Shown: positions 8,703 to 19,200 of the stretch, in pieces
How positions within the stretch are numbered: the first letter of the stretch is position 1
How the letters are laid out: every line of letters starts with the position of its first letter
Virus record (IMG/VR): IMGVR_UViG_3300020463_001507
Source: an uncultured virus (IMG/VR IMGVR_UViG_3300020463_001507)
Taxonomy: Duplodnaviria; Heunggongvirae; Uroviricota; Caudoviricetes
Strand: one strand, 5' to 3'
Length of the DNA: 64,000 bases
Notes under the pieces: model-generated
Seen by the model: only the letters and a program-made list of their open reading frames with translations
Told to the model about the DNA's origin: nothing
Databases searched by the model: none
Position numbers and translations under genes: made by a program

Positions 8703-9099
8703 AGACTCTTCTCCTAAGATCACTACTACTAAATCTATGATCTCTTTTATTAAAGTGTATATCAATATCACGTTTACGACAAATATCTTTTCCTGTAAAA
8801 TCTTTGTCGCGGTATTCTTCGCCTAATATACGTACATTGATAGGATACATAGAAAGAATATCTTCTAAGTCTTCTTCTGTACCGTATGGAATGATTTCAT
8901 CTACATATTCTACACCTTTTAATTGGGTGTAGCGTTCAACCACAGTTTGAATAGGAGCATTTTTTTCTTTTCTATCAATGCTAGGATCAACTTGTAAACC
9001 GCATATTAGGTAATTACATTGTTCCTTTGCTTCTCTTAGCATTATAATGTGTCCTGCATGTAACAAATCAAATGTACTACATGTAAATCCTACTTTCAT
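8695..9099 (-). CDS. glycerol-3-phosphate cytidylyltransferase-like (HxGH) nucleotidyltransferase
   Basis: TFDLLHAGH and C-terminal RFSSSDLR. Confidence 0.85.
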   Translation of the reverse strand: MKVGFTCSTFDLLHAGHIIMLREAKEQCNYLICGLQVDPSIDRKEKNAPIQTVVERYTQLKGVEYVDEIIPYGTEEDLEDILSMYPINVRILGEEYRDKDFTGKDICRKRDIDIHFNKRDHRFSSSDLRRRVCD

Positions 9100-9350
9100 G
9101 CTTTGGCCTTTGCCTCTAGTTCCTTTATTCTTTTTTCTAGTTCTTTAATACGGGATTCTATCGAAGGTGGTGCATTTTTCACTTGTCTCTCCCACCATTC
9201 TTTACCAATTGTTTGTAGGCAGAAATCATATGGAATAGCCAAATGTAGGCATGGATCTGGGTCTGGATCATGTTTCTCGTGAGCAACTGCAAGCCCAATA
9301 TTTGCAAAGAAGCATAATACTATTATTGTAATATACATATAATTTTTCAT
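9096..9350 (-). CDS. hypothetical exported protein
   Basis: Signal-peptide-like N-terminus (AVA-H), DPDPDP run, C-terminal coiled coil. Confidence 0.65.
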   Translation of the reverse strand: MKNYMYITIIVLCFFANIGLAVAHEKHDPDPDPCLHLAIPYDFCLQTIGKEWWERQVKNAPPSIESRIKELEKRIKELEAKAKA

Positions 9351-9754
9351 TTTCGTAATTTTTCCTTTTCTAGGCTAAGTTTATCTTTAAGACTCATTAA
9401 ATATGCCGCCCCTGCTAATACAAGTATTGCAGTTGCTTCAGCTACAAGTAACCACGGATCAGCTTCTTTACTATTCAATACTATAAGTCTACATAAAGCA
9501 GTGATAGCAATAACTATAGGTAACGTAATAGGTATTCTATTACTTGCATAAAATGCTCCTACCATTCCAACTATTTCAGCATAAATGAACAAAAGGAATA
9601 AGTCTGCAAGTTCTATTTTCATATCAATAACAACCATTTGATAGATATCTAAACCAGCCGCAACCATTGTCAATGCTCCGATGACTGCTAATAAACCTTT
9701 TTCGCTTATTTCAGTGGTCCAATGTAATTTACTGTTTAAATTTTTCTTAATCAT
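9347..9754 (-). CDS. psiE: PsiE-family phosphate-starvation-inducible membrane protein
   Basis: Four TM segments with LLFIYAEIVGM and IAITALCR motifs. Confidence 0.8.
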   Translation of the reverse strand: MIKKNLNSKLHWTTEISEKGLLAVIGALTMVAAGLDIYQMVVIDMKIELADLFLLFIYAEIVGMVGAFYASNRIPITLPIVIAITALCRLIVLNSKEADPWLLVAEATAILVLAGAAYLMSLKDKLSLEKEKLRK

Positions 9755-12424
9755 TTATCCTCCAAAATCAAAAAGACTGTTAAAAGTATTATGTTGTTTT
9801 GTGTCCTCTAGTGGATAGTTAAGAACACCAATTAAGTTACCAAGTTTATTATCTATAATTGTTTCTGCCATTGCCGCATCATCAAATGGCAACTCTTTGA
9901 ACCATTCTGGAATATGCAATTCATCTGTAGGATAAGCAACACTCGTATATCCTAGTGGGTTTTGTTTTAGTTTACAAACAATAACTTTCATACCATCTAC
10001 AATTTCTTGCGAATACTTGTCACCATTCATACGTTTAAGTGTATTCCAGTTGATACTTGCTCTTACATGACCAGGCATATTTGCTTTTCCTTGCTTTTCT
10101 TCAAGACGTTGATAGTGACCAATTTTATTTGCACGTTTAGGCGAACCTTTTTCCCAACCCGGACGTTCTGAAAACTCTTTTCGGAATACAGTTATGCGTT
10201 CTAGAACATCTTCCTGTGGTTTTTCTTGTAGAACCATCATTAATATTTCACTTAAAAATTCTTGCATAAACACAGGAGTATCTGATCTACGTAAATCTAA
10301 TCCCATTGCTTTTACTTTACCAGGTTTCCCTTCAACATCACTTCTAAAACCTTCTGTATCATATACTAAAGCGGCATATCTTTTCTTTGTAATATATAAA
10401 CCTGATTCTGCAACAATTTCTCTACCTGCCGCAATTACTTCTGCTCTGCTTTTAGGACAATGAAAAGCATCATACATAAAGTCTTCAAATGTATCGTTTG
10501 CCGCTTCTGCAACTTGATCATAAAGTGTAATTACATTTTCTTTGGACCATGGAATTGCACCTGATTGGATATCTGTTTTAAGAGTTGGGAACGCACTAAA
10601 ATAAACGGAGTCTGTGTCACCATAAATTACTGCTTCACCAACATGATCATATGTGCCTGTAATTACCTTATTCACCTCGGCACTCATATGTTTCACAATA
10701 GTTCTTCCACTTAATGTTGTTGATTGTCCAATACGTTTATCAAAAAATCTGCAACCAGGATTGAGAATTGCACCATACAAACTATTAAGATTAATCTTCT
10801 TAACTAATTGTCTTTTATCCCAATACTCAGTTTCTATAGCATTGCCTGCATCTTTTGCTTTTTTAAGTTGTGCTTGTAATTCTTTTCTTTCTGCATACCA
10901 ACGTTTTAAAATGCCAGGAATAACACCTTCAAACTCTGTTGTAAATATTGTACCGTTAGAACTAAGCATCCAAGGATTATTGCTATCGAAAACAAGTTTA
11001 TAAATTTCTGCACCGCTTAGTACTTCAGATTTACCATTTTCAAAATCAATTGTAAGTGCAACATCTTTACGTTGGTCCATTACTGCTTCGTATTCTTCTG
11101 TACCAAATCTTCCTTCCCAACTGCCTGCAAAAGATTTCTTTTTTAGTGTTATATCTTCATGTACTCTAGCATCACTTATGTCGGAGCGAATTTGTCCTAT
11201 GATAGTTTCAGGAGCCATATTCAATGCACGAATAACACTTGGATACAGACTGTTTAAATCCATTGAACCAATCCATTTGTGCAAACCTTTTTTAGGAAAA
11301 GCTACATAGGCACCTGCGGCGGCTGTACTTTCATCATCACGTTTTTTTCTATTTGGAACTTGTAAACCTCTGTGATGTGCTTCATTTACAATAGCTTGTT
11401 CAGTCACTGCGACAGCACCCATAGTGGTCTGTAGCAAAACAGTATTTGCATGTGCTAGTTCGTTACTTAGATCAATAAACCTTAGTTTTTTGTCCAGCTT
11501 GTCCAGTAGTGCGGTATCTTGTATGTTGTACTCGATAAACTTTCTAAAGTCATTGTTGTACAGTTGATCCAAAGTGCCTTCATAAGGGACTTTGTTTTCT
11601 CCAATTTCAACTTCTCCGATAGCATCAAGTCTATATGTGTGTCTTTCTTCATACGTGTATTTACGATATAAATTCAAACTATCTAAATGCACTCTACCTA
11701 CTAGGTCATAGGTCTCAGCTGTTTTCCCATACTTTTCAAATTCACGTTTCTTTGGTAGTTGTTTCCATAAACAAAAACGTCTTGTATCATCTTTACTTAA
11801 CACACGGCTTGTTCTGTTTATCAAATAAGGTATATCATATCCTTCACTGTTCCATCCTGAAAGTATATCTGCATCTTCAATCAGTGTTAAGAAAGTATCA
11901 ATCATTTCACCTTCTTTTTCAAACAACATTACATTGTCAATACCTTCTAATGTTTTCTTTGCTTGATCCATTGTAAGTGTTTTGGGAGGAACTGCAAGAC
12001 ATACCATAGTTTCCATCCATTGTAAATAAACAGATATAGAAGTAACAGGCATAAATGGATCACTTGGATCAGCAAAGCCACGTTCTGGATCAAAGTCTGT
12101 TTCAATATCAAAGAATGCTATGTTTAGTTTTGGAGCATCTTGATTAAGATAGTTTTCACTTAGACATTGGAATATAGGATTAATATCGCTTTCAAATAGT
12201 TTTTTACTATTATTAATTGCAACTTCTTTGCGAAAGTCTTTTGTGCTTTTACAAACTACTCTCGTTAAAGGATCGCCATAAACACTTTTATGCTTACCCC
12301 GAGGATCTTCATAATAGAAAGTATATTTTATTGGATATTCAGTAAATTTTCTTTCGCCATCTCTGCGTTCAACTGCTCTAATTATATCAGCATCACGATC
12401 AAAAATTGCATCTACATAACTCAT
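9755..12424 (-). CDS. family B DNA polymerase
   Basis: ExoI FFDIET, ExoII GWNSEGYD, DLNSLYPS, KINLNSLYG, YGDTDS, KKRY; C-terminal clamp-binding-like FNSLFDF. Confidence 0.97.
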   Translation of the reverse strand: MSYVDAIFDRDADIIRAVERRDGERKFTEYPIKYTFYYEDPRGKHKSVYGDPLTRVVCKSTKDFRKEVAINNSKKLFESDINPIFQCLSENYLNQDAPKLNIAFFDIETDFDPERGFADPSDPFMPVTSISVYLQWMETMVCLAVPPKTLTMDQAKKTLEGIDNVMLFEKEGEMIDTFLTLIEDADILSGWNSEGYDIPYLINRTSRVLSKDDTRRFCLWKQLPKKREFEKYGKTAETYDLVGRVHLDSLNLYRKYTYEERHTYRLDAIGEVEIGENKVPYEGTLDQLYNNDFRKFIEYNIQDTALLDKLDKKLRFIDLSNELAHANTVLLQTTMGAVAVTEQAIVNEAHHRGLQVPNRKKRDDESTAAAGAYVAFPKKGLHKWIGSMDLNSLYPSVIRALNMAPETIIGQIRSDISDARVHEDITLKKKSFAGSWEGRFGTEEYEAVMDQRKDVALTIDFENGKSEVLSGAEIYKLVFDSNNPWMLSSNGTIFTTEFEGVIPGILKRWYAERKELQAQLKKAKDAGNAIETEYWDKRQLVKKINLNSLYGAILNPGCRFFDKRIGQSTTLSGRTIVKHMSAEVNKVITGTYDHVGEAVIYGDTDSVYFSAFPTLKTDIQSGAIPWSKENVITLYDQVAEAANDTFEDFMYDAFHCPKSRAEVIAAGREIVAESGLYITKKRYAALVYDTEGFRSDVEGKPGKVKAMGLDLRRSDTPVFMQEFLSEILMMVLQEKPQEDVLERITVFRKEFSERPGWEKGSPKRANKIGHYQRLEEKQGKANMPGHVRASINWNTLKRMNGDKYSQEIVDGMKVIVCKLKQNPLGYTSVAYPTDELHIPEWFKELPFDDAAMAETIIDNKLGNLIGVLNYPLEDTKQHNTFNSLFDFGG

Positions 12425-12432
12425 ATTTTATC

Positions 12433-12708
12433 CTATAAAAATAACTTGAACAATGCTATTGCATTCATAAGTGTAAACCAAGAACACAAAACTATTACAA
12501 ATGCCGCTTGCCTTATCACTGCACTTATAACACCTAAAATACTTCCAATAAAATACATTGGAATAAAAATTTTAGTTGCAGGATCTAGCACAGTAAAAGT
12601 CAATATAGCACTTGCGGAAATCAAAAAAGTAGCTTCTGCCATCTCGCAATAAAATGCTGTCGGACTCAAACGATGGCTTTCTTTGAAAAAACTTATTACT
12701 CTTTCCAA
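12433..12708 (-). CDS. small membrane protein
   Basis: 91 aa with about three hydrophobic segments. Confidence 0.7.
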   Translation of the reverse strand: MERVISFFKESHRLSPTAFYCEMAEATFLISASAILTFTVLDPATKIFIPMYFIGSILGVISAVIRQAAFVIVLCSWFTLMNAIALFKLFL

Positions 12709-12710
12709 TA

Positions 12711-12971
12711 TTACTTGTCCTTACCAACAGTTACTACAAGTGTTTCTAGATCATCAAACGCATCAGCATGTGCCGCCCAGTCACCTTTTTGTGCAATTTT
12801 TATTGCTTTGTTAATTATTGTTGGTTTGATATTTAACTCTTCTGCTACTGCTTTCACAGTATCTTTGAGTCCTGTATTTAAATCTTCAATTTCTTGAAGT
12901 ACTGTAACACCTTCGTTCACAAGCCTTTCTAGTTTGGCTTTTTCTTCTGCACCATAGACACGGTCGCTCAT
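12711..12971 (-). CDS. T4 DsbA-like double-stranded DNA-binding protein
   Basis: Helical pattern EIEDLNTGLKDTVKAVAEELNIKPTIINKAIK; strong AAGGAG SD. Confidence 0.65.
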   Translation of the reverse strand: MSDRVYGAEEKAKLERLVNEGVTVLQEIEDLNTGLKDTVKAVAEELNIKPTIINKAIKIAQKGDWAAHADAFDDLETLVVTVGKDK

Positions 12972-13000
12972 AGGTATCTCCTTAGTTATTATTAAGTTAT

Positions 13001-13029
13001 ATTATACAAGATACTTAACAGAAAGTCAA
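13001..13029 (-). promoter_or_regulatory. sigma70-type promoter for the dsbA-polB operon
   Basis: TTGACT-17 nt-TATAAT. Confidence 0.85.
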
Positions 13030-13053
13030 GTATTTAATTTGGTTATTGAGTAT

Positions 13054-14361
13054 TTAGGTTATATTGTCTACTGTATCAGTAAACGTTTTGGTATTTCTTT
13101 TCCAAATTTCTCTAAATTTGCCAATCGTCATTTTTGGAGGTTTTTGTTTTTTCAATTCTTGTTTGATATCATCACCTAAGTTTTTCAAAAATCCATTCCA
13201 TATTTTACGTCCAGTTGATGTCTCAACAAACTTAGCATATTTTGGCTCTTTTGATAAGAACTTCTTTGAAAAGTCTAGTATAAGTTCTTTTGCTCTTTTA
13301 GGAGTAATCTCAGTATTGTCTGCTTCTTGATTATAAGTTGCTAGGTCTTTTGGATCAATTGCTAGGTCAGCACTAAGGCTAGCCAAGAATTTATTAAATT
13401 TCACTTGTCTTTCTTTGTTAAATTCACGTAAACACTTGTCTGTTAGATCATCACCCTTTGATATAGCTGGATATACCTTTGCGACTGCTTTCCATTGTTC
13501 TGCAGTTTTTATTTTTTCTTTCATTAATGATAATGCTTTATCATCCGAGTCTCCTAATTCATTATCAAAATACCCAAATATTTCTGAAATTTGTCCTGCT
13601 ATAAAGTTTGCTTCTTTTGGCGTGAATGGTTTTTTGCTTGTGGTAGTTGTAGTTACTGTCTTATCTGCTTCTCTAGCAGTTCCTGTTCCAGTTCCTTTGC
13701 CGGTTGCAATAAATTGCTCATCTTCTAAGTTTCTTTTCGCTCCTATTGCTGTAAAATCAGTATTACCTAGAGTAACAATAATATATTCTTTTCCTTTTTC
13801 AAAACTTCCTGCTGATACAGGTGGTGCCTGAGTTTTAACAGCTCTATCTGCAAGCGCCGGCGCTCCTATTACTTCTAGAAAATCTTTGTAAGGTTCTCTG
13901 TATGCTGTTTTTACAGTATCACCACCAGCGTTCCAGTTTGGTCCTATTGTAATACCTAATGCATTTTGCATTCTCCCAATTAATTCTTTTACTATTTCTT
14001 CAGCAGTTTGATTTTCTACATAGACACTTGCCACACTAGAAGCATCACGAATAAAAATTGAAATAGGTTCGCCGGGTTGTACCTGTTCAACTAGTAACTT
14101 GTACCATCTGTCTAATTTATATTTTACATCACTAGCATCTCTGCCTTTAAATCTTGTTATGTTAGACATGTACATGATTAAGTACCAAGAATTTCTACTT
14201 AGTAATGTAGTTTGCCATTTAGTTCCGGTTTTGCTTTTTTCTATTTGATCCATGTTATCAGGGCTTATACCAAATCGTTTGGCGGCCTTCTCAAGATCAG
14301 ACTCTTCTTCTGGATTTTCTAATACAAGTGTATCTTCTAGTACGTCGAGTACTTTCATCAC
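13054..14361 (-). CDS. putative capsid-internal modular protein
   Basis: Leader MMKVLDVLE; internal AGSFEKGKEYIIVTLGNTDFTAIGA module; a helical module similar to the C-terminus of ORF 20954-23863. Confidence 0.6.
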   Translation of the reverse strand: MMKVLDVLEDTLVLENPEEESDLEKAAKRFGISPDNMDQIEKSKTGTKWQTTLLSRNSWYLIMYMSNITRFKGRDASDVKYKLDRWYKLLVEQVQPGEPISIFIRDASSVASVYVENQTAEEIVKELIGRMQNALGITIGPNWNAGGDTVKTAYREPYKDFLEVIGAPALADRAVKTQAPPVSAGSFEKGKEYIIVTLGNTDFTAIGAKRNLEDEQFIATGKGTGTGTAREADKTVTTTTTSKKPFTPKEANFIAGQISEIFGYFDNELGDSDDKALSLMKEKIKTAEQWKAVAKVYPAISKGDDLTDKCLREFNKERQVKFNKFLASLSADLAIDPKDLATYNQEADNTEITPKRAKELILDFSKKFLSKEPKYAKFVETSTGRKIWNGFLKNLGDDIKQELKKQKPPKMTIGKFREIWKRNTKTFTDTVDNIT

Positions 14362-14945
14362 TTACTCGCTTTTAGTTTTGCATATAATTCTTGTTTGATC
14401 GAATTTTTTGTGGACTCGTTAGATGGCTTTACTTTTGGTTTACTTTCCATACTCAACTTAGACATCATATCTTTCATTTTAGATTGTGCATCTTCAATCA
14501 TTGCTGATCCTTCAGATACTAAATCCATTCCTCTTTTAAGTTGTATTTGTAAATCTGCCATTGGATCTTTGCCTGTTGGAACAATCTTTATAGCTTCTGT
14601 GCTATCTATATCGTTTTCTATACTGTCACCTACTAGTCTATCTTTCATAGGATGTGGTGTTTCATTTCCGCCTGGTTTTGACATAGTTGGAGTTGGTTCT
14701 GAACCTCTTACTTGATCACCGGCTTTTTGTTTTTCATTTATGCCTGCTAATTTTGAAAAACTTTTTAAATCTAAGTCTATTGGTAAACTGCCTTTTTTTA
14801 CAGATACACTTTCATTTATTTGATCTACTTTGACATCTTCTTTTACTGGAGCATTGGCCATAGCTGTAAGTGCGGCTCTATCTGATTCTGCATTTGAAGG
14901 AAATAGTTGTTTCATTTTTGCACTCATATCGTAGAAGTCAGTCAT
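14358..14945 (-). CDS. putative head core/scaffold-like protein
   Basis: Low-complexity charged protein with QINE, LAGINE and SIE motifs. Confidence 0.55.
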   Translation of the reverse strand: MTDFYDMSAKMKQLFPSNAESDRAALTAMANAPVKEDVKVDQINESVSVKKGSLPIDLDLKSFSKLAGINEKQKAGDQVRGSEPTPTMSKPGGNETPHPMKDRLVGDSIENDIDSTEAIKIVPTGKDPMADLQIQLKRGMDLVSEGSAMIEDAQSKMKDMMSKLSMESKPKVKPSNESTKNSIKQELYAKLKASK

Positions 14946-14953
14946 TGTAAATC

Positions 14954-15571
14954 CTATTTTTTACTTTTTTTCTTTTTCGCCGCATGCATGTGACCTTCAT
15001 ACACTACGTCAGTCATTTTTTGTACTGGTACATTTCTAACAATATAATCTTGTCCACAACTTGTAAATGTTGCATCGTAATGTGTTACTGTACCATCTTC
15101 GTATAAAGTATGTTCACCTGGAATAACTTTACATTCACCATATGTAGGATGTTTGAAACTTTTTGCACAATCGTGGTAAATTCCGTCACCTTCTTTAACT
15201 GCTTTATCTTTTTGCTTATCTTTAGTATCTTTGTCTTTATGGCCCTTGTATTTGAAACCACCTTTTGGCGGAGTAATTTTAACTTCAAGACCTTCACCTA
15301 CTACTTCTTCAGAAAATTTCATATCATAATCTAAGTGGTGATACACACTACTCATGTAATCTGATGCTTTTGTAATTTTAGATTGTACCCAACCTTCTAA
15401 GCCTTCTTGCTCTGTTATAGTTTTAAGCATTTCGTGTAGCTTAATAGAATATTTGGCTATTTTATATAATTGTGCTCTAGCCATTTGCACTTCATGATCA
15501 CGTTCTGCGACTTGTGCAAGATCTGCTAAACCTTCTTTAATCGAAGAACCTTTTTTATTTTCTTTGGCCAT
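14954..15571 (-). CDS. putative capsid-internal modular protein
   Basis: SIKE, a helical DHEVQMARAQL...WVQSKITKA module, then AVKE and a His/Cys-containing beta module. TAAATA at 15593-15598 upstream. Confidence 0.6.
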   Translation of the reverse strand: MAKENKKGSSIKEGLADLAQVAERDHEVQMARAQLYKIAKYSIKLHEMLKTITEQEGLEGWVQSKITKASDYMSSVYHHLDYDMKFSEEVVGEGLEVKITPPKGGFKYKGHKDKDTKDKQKDKAVKEGDGIYHDCAKSFKHPTYGECKVIPGEHTLYEDGTVTHYDATFTSCGQDYIVRNVPVQKMTDVVYEGHMHAAKKKKSKK

Positions 15572-15604
15572 TTGTAAGTCTCCTTGATACAGTATTTATG
15601 CTCT

Positions 15605-16210
15605 TTACTGTTGATCCATACGATTCAACTGTTGAGCTGTAGGCTTTATATTAGTTCCTTTATAGTTACCCTTAGTATCTAATTTAGGATCCTGAGGTAA
15701 TAGATCGTTTTTTGACATATATTTTTTTGCATCAATATTCATTTGTTTTAGCTCAGGCATTTTAGCCATTATGCTGTCATATGCTTTTTGCATTTGTGGT
15801 AATTGTTCTGGAGAATAAACTCCGTCATCAATGCCTTTTTTAATTGTTCTAGCCCACATATCAAACATATTCAACAATTTATCGCCCACATTCATTGCAG
15901 CCAGCTGTTTTACAGCAGAACCCATGTATTGCATAACCTTGTCTGTTTGACCTGCTCCTGCTGCCCTTTGAAGTTTTGGTATAGTTTTTTGTACAGACTT
16001 TAGTGCCTGATCTCCGTCTTCACTTAGTTTTTTCTTCTTCTTTTTCTTCTTAGTGCCACCAAGTAAATTATCTTGATCCAATGCGTTTTTAGCAGTACCA
16101 TCAGGATTTCTTTTCTGCATGCCACCAACTCCTACAGGAGCAACAGCTATCATACTAGCACCTATCCCGCCAATACCTACTTCTTCTTTTATTATTTCAT
16201 ATAATCTCAT
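15605..16210 (-). CDS. putative capsid-internal protein
   Basis: Leader MRLYEIIKE; poly-Lys then LSE junction; TAAATA upstream. Confidence 0.6.
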   Translation of the reverse strand: MRLYEIIKEEVGIGGIGASMIAVAPVGVGGMQKRNPDGTAKNALDQDNLLGGTKKKKKKKKLSEDGDQALKSVQKTIPKLQRAAGAGQTDKVMQYMGSAVKQLAAMNVGDKLLNMFDMWARTIKKGIDDGVYSPEQLPQMQKAYDSIMAKMPELKQMNIDAKKYMSKNDLLPQDPKLDTKGNYKGTNIKPTAQQLNRMDQQ

Positions 16211-16229
16211 TGTATCTTCCCATTAATAT

Positions 16230-19200
16230 TTAGCTTTTTTTACGGCCGCTCTTCATATTTGCACACCAGTGGTACATTTTAGCACGTTCACCGCTTGCTT
16301 TTTTAGCTTTTGCTCTAAGGCTTGTTACAGAGCCTTTGCAACTAGCACCTGACTTCTTAACTCTACCTGGACGACTTTTGCCTTTTTTCTTACCATCTGC
16401 AAAGTTTTCCTTCAAGTTTTGCAAAAGATCGTCTTTGTTAGCTGTAAAATTACTTTGCTTCCAGGCAGATTTTACTTTGTTTAGTGTCTGTCCTAGTTCA
16501 GGACCGCTTTTATATCCCATTGCTATTAAGTCATTACCAGTAACTGGAAACTGCGGTGGGTTAAAATTTTGTATGTAAGTTGCTAACTCTGCATTATCTT
16601 GTAATATAGCTAGTTTTGCAAGTATTTCTTTATTTTTACCATCTACTAATAAGTCTTCTGCTGTTTTTTGTGTAAGTTTTTTATTTTTATTGTTAACAAG
16701 TGTAAGTAGAGTAGTATGCTCGTCCTTACTTAGTTTCCATTTTTTAGCTAACGCATCATTATCTACTAATCGTGCTAAATTAATTATTTCATTATCGTTA
16801 TCTACAGTTTTACTAGCATTTTTCACAGGTAAATCAATTTGTTTACCTATGCCAGTCTTTCCCATGTAGTTTAAAATATCTTTTATATTGTTACCAGACA
16901 GTATTTTAGACATTTCTTGCCATATACGTTCAGAACTTATACTTGTTAGTCCTTTAGCATTTTTCTTTATAGCTTCTGTTACATCATCTTCCCACACTGG
17001 TTTATCCAACCTACCTTGAAATCTAAAATAACGTAATATACGTAAGTAATCTTCTTTAATTCTTTCTTCTGGGTCGCCAACAAATTTACTTACTTTGTTC
17101 TGTAGATCATTCATGCCATTAAAATAGTCGTGTATCTTTCCATCAAAGTCAAGGCTCATTGCATTGTAAGTTAAGTCTCGACGTTGTGCGTCAGCTTTCC
17201 AATTTCTTACAAATTTAACTTTTGCTCGCCTACCATCAGTTTCAACATCTGCTCTGAGTGTGGTAATTTCATAAGGTTCTTTGTCTATCACAGCAGTAAT
17301 AGTTCCGTGTTCTATACCTGTGGGTATGTGTCTGATACTTGCCTTTTTAAACATTTCGATCATTTCATCAGGAGTAGCATCTGTTGCTAAATCTACATCT
17401 TTTGGTTGTTTACCCAAAGCAATATCACGTACTGCTCCCCCAACAACACGTATTTCGTGATTATTTTGTTTGAAAATTTTATGTAAAGACTTTAATTGTG
17501 GAGTTATTAGACTGTCAAGATTTTTTTTTTGATCTAATTTTTCTAATAAATTTTCTATTGTAATTGGAAGTTTAACCACTGATACTTCCTTCATTCCAAT
17601 TTCTTTAATTACATCATATCGATGGTGACCATTTATAATTTTGTTTTCACTATCTACTACAATAGGATTAAAAACACCCTTACGTATGTTTTTCAATTGC
17701 TTTTTATAGTTTTCTTTGATTCTTTCTTTCTGAATCGGTATAATATTTTTTAAAAGCACAGGAACTATCTGATAGGGAAAGTTTTTTTCTTTTAGTTGTT
17801 TTAATTTAAGTTGAGGTAGCTGACGTCTAGAATATGTTTCTGTCTTTTTCTTTTGCATGTTAGTTGCTATTGCATATACAGCACCTTCAGGATCCATTCC
17901 TTTTTCTTTTGCCCATTTAGCAATAGAACTTTTAGCTTTAGGTTTATCAAGTATCTTATCAGCAGTTTTATGAGCTGACTTGATATCTTTTTTACTCATT
18001 TTTTCTTCATTTAGTTCAGGATGGAATTTCCAATGTATATTTTTTGCATCTTTTGCAACTGACTTACCGTCAATTGTTATTTCAATTGGTACTTTTCTAG
18101 TAGGATCATTATACCAATAGTATGAATCGTAACTGCCGTCAGCATTACTTCTTACAACTAATCCTCTAATATGATCTTTGTCGGCTGCACGTAAAACTTT
18201 TTTGTCTCCGTTAGGTAGCTTTAAATCTACCTCTAAATTCTTTGGTTTCTTATGTCCAAGATCTGCATATTTATTTTCAGAAATATGTTTTTGTAACTGT
18301 TTTGCAGTTCTTTCAAACTTATGATCTTTGTATTTAAAACCTATACCACCTGCTGATTCCCATTCACGTACATTTCTTCCAAAGTCGTCAATTAATATGT
18401 TAGGTGTACCATCTTTATTTTTAGCAAATTGTGATTTGTTGGTTGTTATATAAACGTTTTTCGGCGGAAAAAAACTTAAATTATTTTTAATCCATTCACG
18501 CTTGTGTGGTTCTGAGTTAGGATCATCTGCTAAAGGACTAGAACATATATTATACTCGCCTTTGATATTTTTAATTAAGGAAAGTAATTCTCTTGCTTGT
18601 GGTAGCATTGGCAATTTCAACCAAAACTCATTAGTGTCTCTAATTTTCTGTAATGCTCCAGCAAGACCATCATTATCAATTTGGCTCCAGTGATCAACCT
18701 GCATAAGTTTTGTCCATTCACCAAAGAAGTCTGCTAGAACTCCGTCCATGTCTACATAAATTTCTGTAGTTTTTCCAATTTCCCCTAATTCTTCTTGCAT
18801 ATTTGTAAAGTATACACTACTTTGGGTGTTTTCGTCAACCGATTCGGTAAACAAAGTAGGATTTTTTTGTCCCCATCTCCTTAGTATTACTCCAGCAAGT
18901 GCATTAGCTTGGTTTTCATCTGGACTACCATCTTCTCCGTTTAGATCTCTGTCATACATTTGATCTTGTTTGTAGTGTATTAACTCGTGAGCAACAGTTC
19001 TCATTACATCCATTTGATGCCTACCTGTATTTTGCACAACAATGTTTTTATTATCATTATCAAAATACCCAAATGTTGTATCTTCAGTATCACTTACAAA
19101 TTTTATAGGCGGACTGTTTTTCAAACTTAATTGTTCTTTGCAAAAATTTACAAAGTCTACTAGGTTGCGTTTTCTATTTGTTTCTGCTAAACCTAAATTA

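Noticed and set aside
9755..12424. Intein or intron in the DNA polymerase
   Set aside because: Motif spacing and length are normal, with no splicing motifs or homing endonuclease.
17521..17530. A10 run between the ParB and CCA modules as a programmed frameshift or phase-variation site
   Set aside because: The frame is continuous through it (DQKKNL), and A-runs are common in this AT-rich genome. An assembly artefact fusing two genes cannot be fully excluded without reads.
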